Source: an uncultured Eubacteriales bacterium (lineage in GTDB: Bacteria; Bacillota; Clostridia; Oscillospirales; UMGS1783). Taken from it: 64,000 nt of DNA. Location of the stretch: the NCBI GenBank assembly GCA_934456365.1, contig CAKSHC010000002.1, positions 211,981 to 275,980 of the forward strand, in the 5' to 3' direction. Of this stretch, positions 61,669 to 64,000 are shown one piece after another. The notes below the pieces were generated by a model. The model did not search any database. It was not told the DNA's origin and worked only from the letters and a program-made list of their open reading frames with translations. A program made the translations under genes and the position numbers. Position 1 is the first letter of the stretch; each line of letters begins with the position of its first letter.

Positions 61669-62490
61669 ATGAAATACTGTGTGCATTGCGGAAAAGAGCT
61701 TTTGGATGAAGCCGTGATCTGTCCGGGGTGCGGCTGCGAAACCGGATACCGAAGACTGGCTCCGGCTCGAAAAGCCGATTATCGGGTAGAGGAGCTTTCC
61801 CGAAAGATCCGGACCTATGGGATCTTCTGGATCATCCTTGCCTCCTTTCAGATTCTCTTTTTTCTGATCCAGTTTGCGCTGTCGCAGCTCAGCCCGGTGC
61901 TTTTTCGGCTCAGGCAGTCTTCGCAGTCCTTTTGGTTTGTCGGGATCATCGGCGTTCTGAATCTGATTTCCGCCATCAAGGATGTGCGCTACAGCGGGAA
62001 GATCCAAAGAGATCCGTCCGGCATCGTCCGGAAATTTGAGCCGCTCGCGGGAGCGATCCTCGAATTGATCTGGAATGCGGGGGTCGCCCTGGGCGGCCTG
62101 ATCGACGGCGGCCTTCTCGGCGGGCTGATCTGCGGGGTCGGCGCGGGCCTGTCGATCTATTATCTGGCTGGGATCCGCGGCTTTGTCATGCGCAATCGGA
62201 AAGTCTATGAGGAATACGACCGCAAAAAAGCGATCGCCCGCGCGGCTCGCGATCCCCATGCCGGCGATATCCTGCCCCACAGCAAGTGGCTCGAGGTCCT
62301 CCTGGCAGACGGCCTGATCACCCAGGAGGAATACGATCAGATAAAAGCAAACCCCGCCCCGCAGTACGCCGGGACAGACACCATAAACTACCGGGAAACG
62401 CTCCAGTCCCTCAAGGAAATGTACCAGGCCGCCGAGATCACCGAAAGCTACTATTGCCAGAAGCGCGCCGCTATTTTGCGCCAGCTCTGA
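61669..62490 (+). CDS. Zinc-ribbon membrane protein with C-terminal SHOCT-like repeats
   Basis: MKYCVHCGKELLDEAVICPGCG, about 4 TM helices, LLADGLITQEEYDQIK and EITESYYCQKRAAIL. Start at ATG 61669 behind GAGGTGG. Confidence 0.75.
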   Translation: MKYCVHCGKELLDEAVICPGCGCETGYRRLAPARKADYRVEELSRKIRTYGIFWIILASFQILFFLIQFALSQLSPVLFRLRQSSQSFWFVGIIGVLNLISAIKDVRYSGKIQRDPSGIVRKFEPLAGAILELIWNAGVALGGLIDGGLLGGLICGVGAGLSIYYLAGIRGFVMRNRKVYEEYDRKKAIARAARDPHAGDILPHSKWLEVLLADGLITQEEYDQIKANPAPQYAGTDTINYRETLQSLKEMYQAAEITESYYCQKRAAILRQL

Positions 62491-62619
62491 CCCAACCCTC
62501 CGCACCCCCGGGCGCGGAGGGCTTTCTTTCTCTTGCATTTCCCGCGCGCTCCTTTTATAATGAAAGAAAGAGAAGCCTCCACCCGGCGGCTTTCCATTTC
62601 TTGCAAAGGAGAATGTGTC

Positions 62620-63180
62620 ATGCGTAAAAACTTCGGCCCCAAATCCGCCGCCTATCCCATGCCCGTCTTTATCCTTGCCGCCTACGACGAATCGGGAACC
62701 CCCAACGCCATGAACGCCGCCTGGGGCGGCATCAGCGAGGAAAACGAAATCTCCATCTGCGTCAGCGCCACCTATAAAACCACCGAGAATATCCTCCTCA
62801 AAAAGGCCTTCACCGTCAGCATGGGCACCGCCGACCAAACCACCGCCTGCGACTACGTCGGCCTCGCCTCCGGCAAGCAAACGCCGGATAAATTCGAAAA
62901 AGCCGGCTTCCATGCCCTTCCCGCCGAGAAGGTCGACGCGCCCCTCATCGCCGAGCTTCCCGTCGCTCTCGAGTGCCGGCTGCGCGCCTATGATCCCGAA
63001 ACCTGCCGCCTCGTCGGCGAGATCGTCAACGTCAGCGTCGACGAAGCCGTCCTCGACGAGCAGGGCCTCCCGGATGTCCGGAAAATCCGCCCCATCACCT
63101 ACGATTCCTTCACCCACAACTATATCGCCCTTGGCGAGATCGTCGGAAAAGCCTTCCACGACGGCAACTCCCTCCGCTGA
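62620..63180 (+). CDS. Flavin reductase-like (FMN-binding split-barrel) protein
   Basis: PMPVFILAAYDESGTPNAMNAAWGG... Start at ATG 62620 behind AAAGGAGAA. Confidence 0.85.
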   Translation: MRKNFGPKSAAYPMPVFILAAYDESGTPNAMNAAWGGISEENEISICVSATYKTTENILLKKAFTVSMGTADQTTACDYVGLASGKQTPDKFEKAGFHALPAEKVDAPLIAELPVALECRLRAYDPETCRLVGEIVNVSVDEAVLDEQGLPDVRKIRPITYDSFTHNYIALGEIVGKAFHDGNSLR

Positions 63181-63189
63181 TTTCCAAAG

Positions 63190-63218
63190 AGCCGCCGCCT
63201 CGCGCCGCGGCTTTTTTT
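63190..63218 (+). terminator. Rho-independent terminator
   Basis: AGCCGCCGC-5 nt-GCCGCGGCT (one mismatch) followed by T7. Confidence 0.6.
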
Positions 63219-63280
63219 GCGCCCGGTGTTTGCCTTTGTCGATGGATGATGATATAATAAAAGAAAAAAGGAGTGCCGCC

Positions 63281-64000
63281 ATGTTAAAACCTCTCCGGAT
63301 TTCCCTCCGCGTCATAGCCGGCCTGCTCGCTCTCGTGCTGCTCGCCGCGCTGGCGTATGTCGGCTATGTTGTCTTCTCCTATTCCCGCATCCCCGATCAT
63401 CAGGCCCTCGCCCCCGAGGGCGAGGCCTCCGCGCTCGCGCAGACCGGCCGGGCCTATACCGTCGTCACCCAAAACCTCGGCTTCGGCGCCTATACCCCGG
63501 ACTTCACCTTCTTCATGGACGGCGGCGTCGGCTCGCGCGCCGTGAGCCCGGAAAGCGTCCGGGCCTGCATCGGGGAGGGCGCCCGCACCGTCGCCGCCCT
63601 CTCGCCCGACTTCGTCTTCTTCCAGGAAGTCGATATCGATTCCGACCGCAGCTACCACATCGACGAGCGCACCCTCCTTTCCCCCTTCTTCGAGAGCTGC
63701 ACCTCCGTCTTCGCCCAAAACTACCATTCCGCCTACCTCTTCTATCCCTTCTATGAGCCCCACGGCGCCTCCCAAAGCGGTCTGCTCACCGTCAGCCGCC
63801 TCGCCGTGTCGCAGGCCTCCCGCCGCAGCCTCCCCATCTCGGAGGGCTTCTCCAAATTTCTCGACCTCGACCGCTGCTATTCCGTGTCCCGCGTCCCCTG
63901 CGAAAACGGAAAGGAGCTCGTCCTTTTCAATGTCCACCTCTCGGCCTACGGCGGCAGCGACGAGATCCGCACCGCCCAGATGACCCAGCTCCTCTCGGAG
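63281..64000 (+). CDS. Endonuclease/exonuclease/phosphatase (EEP) family protein, N-terminal TM, partial (runs off window)
   Basis: ATG 63281 behind AAAGGAG. Promoter TTGCCT, 17 nt, TATAAT. YTVVTQNLGFG...VFFQEVD...LFNVHLSAYG. Open to the window end, which is why it is absent from the ORF track. Confidence 0.8.
   Translation, partial: MLKPLRISLRVIAGLLALVLLAALAYVGYVVFSYSRIPDHQALAPEGEASALAQTGRAYTVVTQNLGFGAYTPDFTFFMDGGVGSRAVSPESVRACIGEGARTVAALSPDFVFFQEVDIDSDRSYHIDERTLLSPFFESCTSVFAQNYHSAYLFYPFYEPHGASQSGLLTVSRLAVSQASRRSLPISEGFSKFLDLDRCYSVSRVPCENGKELVLFNVHLSAYGGSDEIRTAQMTQLLSE

Noticed and set aside
61591-63937. Minus-strand ORFs 61591..63315 (574 aa) and 63284..63937 (217 aa)
   Set aside because: They are antisense to the zinc-ribbon, flavin reductase and EEP genes. 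They are low-complexity shadow frames.

Overview
High-GC, Clostridia-type chromosomal window. The taxon is an inference from spore-former markers (ylmC/ymxH-like, bofA-like), GC3-rich codons and the conserved ylxM-ffh-rpsP-KH-rimM-trmD operon. I call about 60 protein genes, 4 tRNAs (Thr-CGT, Tyr-GTA, Thr-TGT, Arg-ACG), many rho-independent terminators and several consensus sigma-A promoters. I found no transposase, integrase, CRISPR array or obvious defence genes. Most of the window is housekeeping: mutS2, metQNI, feoAAB, mntP, brnQ, pdxK, csp, glycolipid and GT4 genes, and regulators. Five things stand out. (1) A 32-codon leader ORF with 9 Met and 4 Cys, plus a terminator/antiterminator pair, sits upstream of metQ-metN-metI where an S-box or T-box would be expected. 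This is a candidate ribosome-mediated methionine attenuator. (2) An 11-kb TetR-coupled operon (5.3-16.7 kb) encodes four large modular surface proteins. They shuffle collagen-like GXY tracts, DUF6273-like domains, FG-GAP repeats, FN3, Listeria-Bacteroides repeats and two different anchoring modes. (3) Two unrelated structured repeat families lie immediately downstream of tRNA terminators. Family A is at 2.5 kb and 60.5 kb. Family B is a tandem pair of 187-nt hairpin arrays at 38.2-38.6 kb, next to an AT-rich four-helix-bundle gene. (4) A duplicated 75-bp promoter/operator cassette flanks an XRE regulator. (5) Two genes are frameshifted at GAAAAAG runs. The many long antisense ORFs in the track are GC-driven shadow frames. 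The track also uses alternative start codons and the longest-ORF rule, so several starts were moved to RBS-supported positions.
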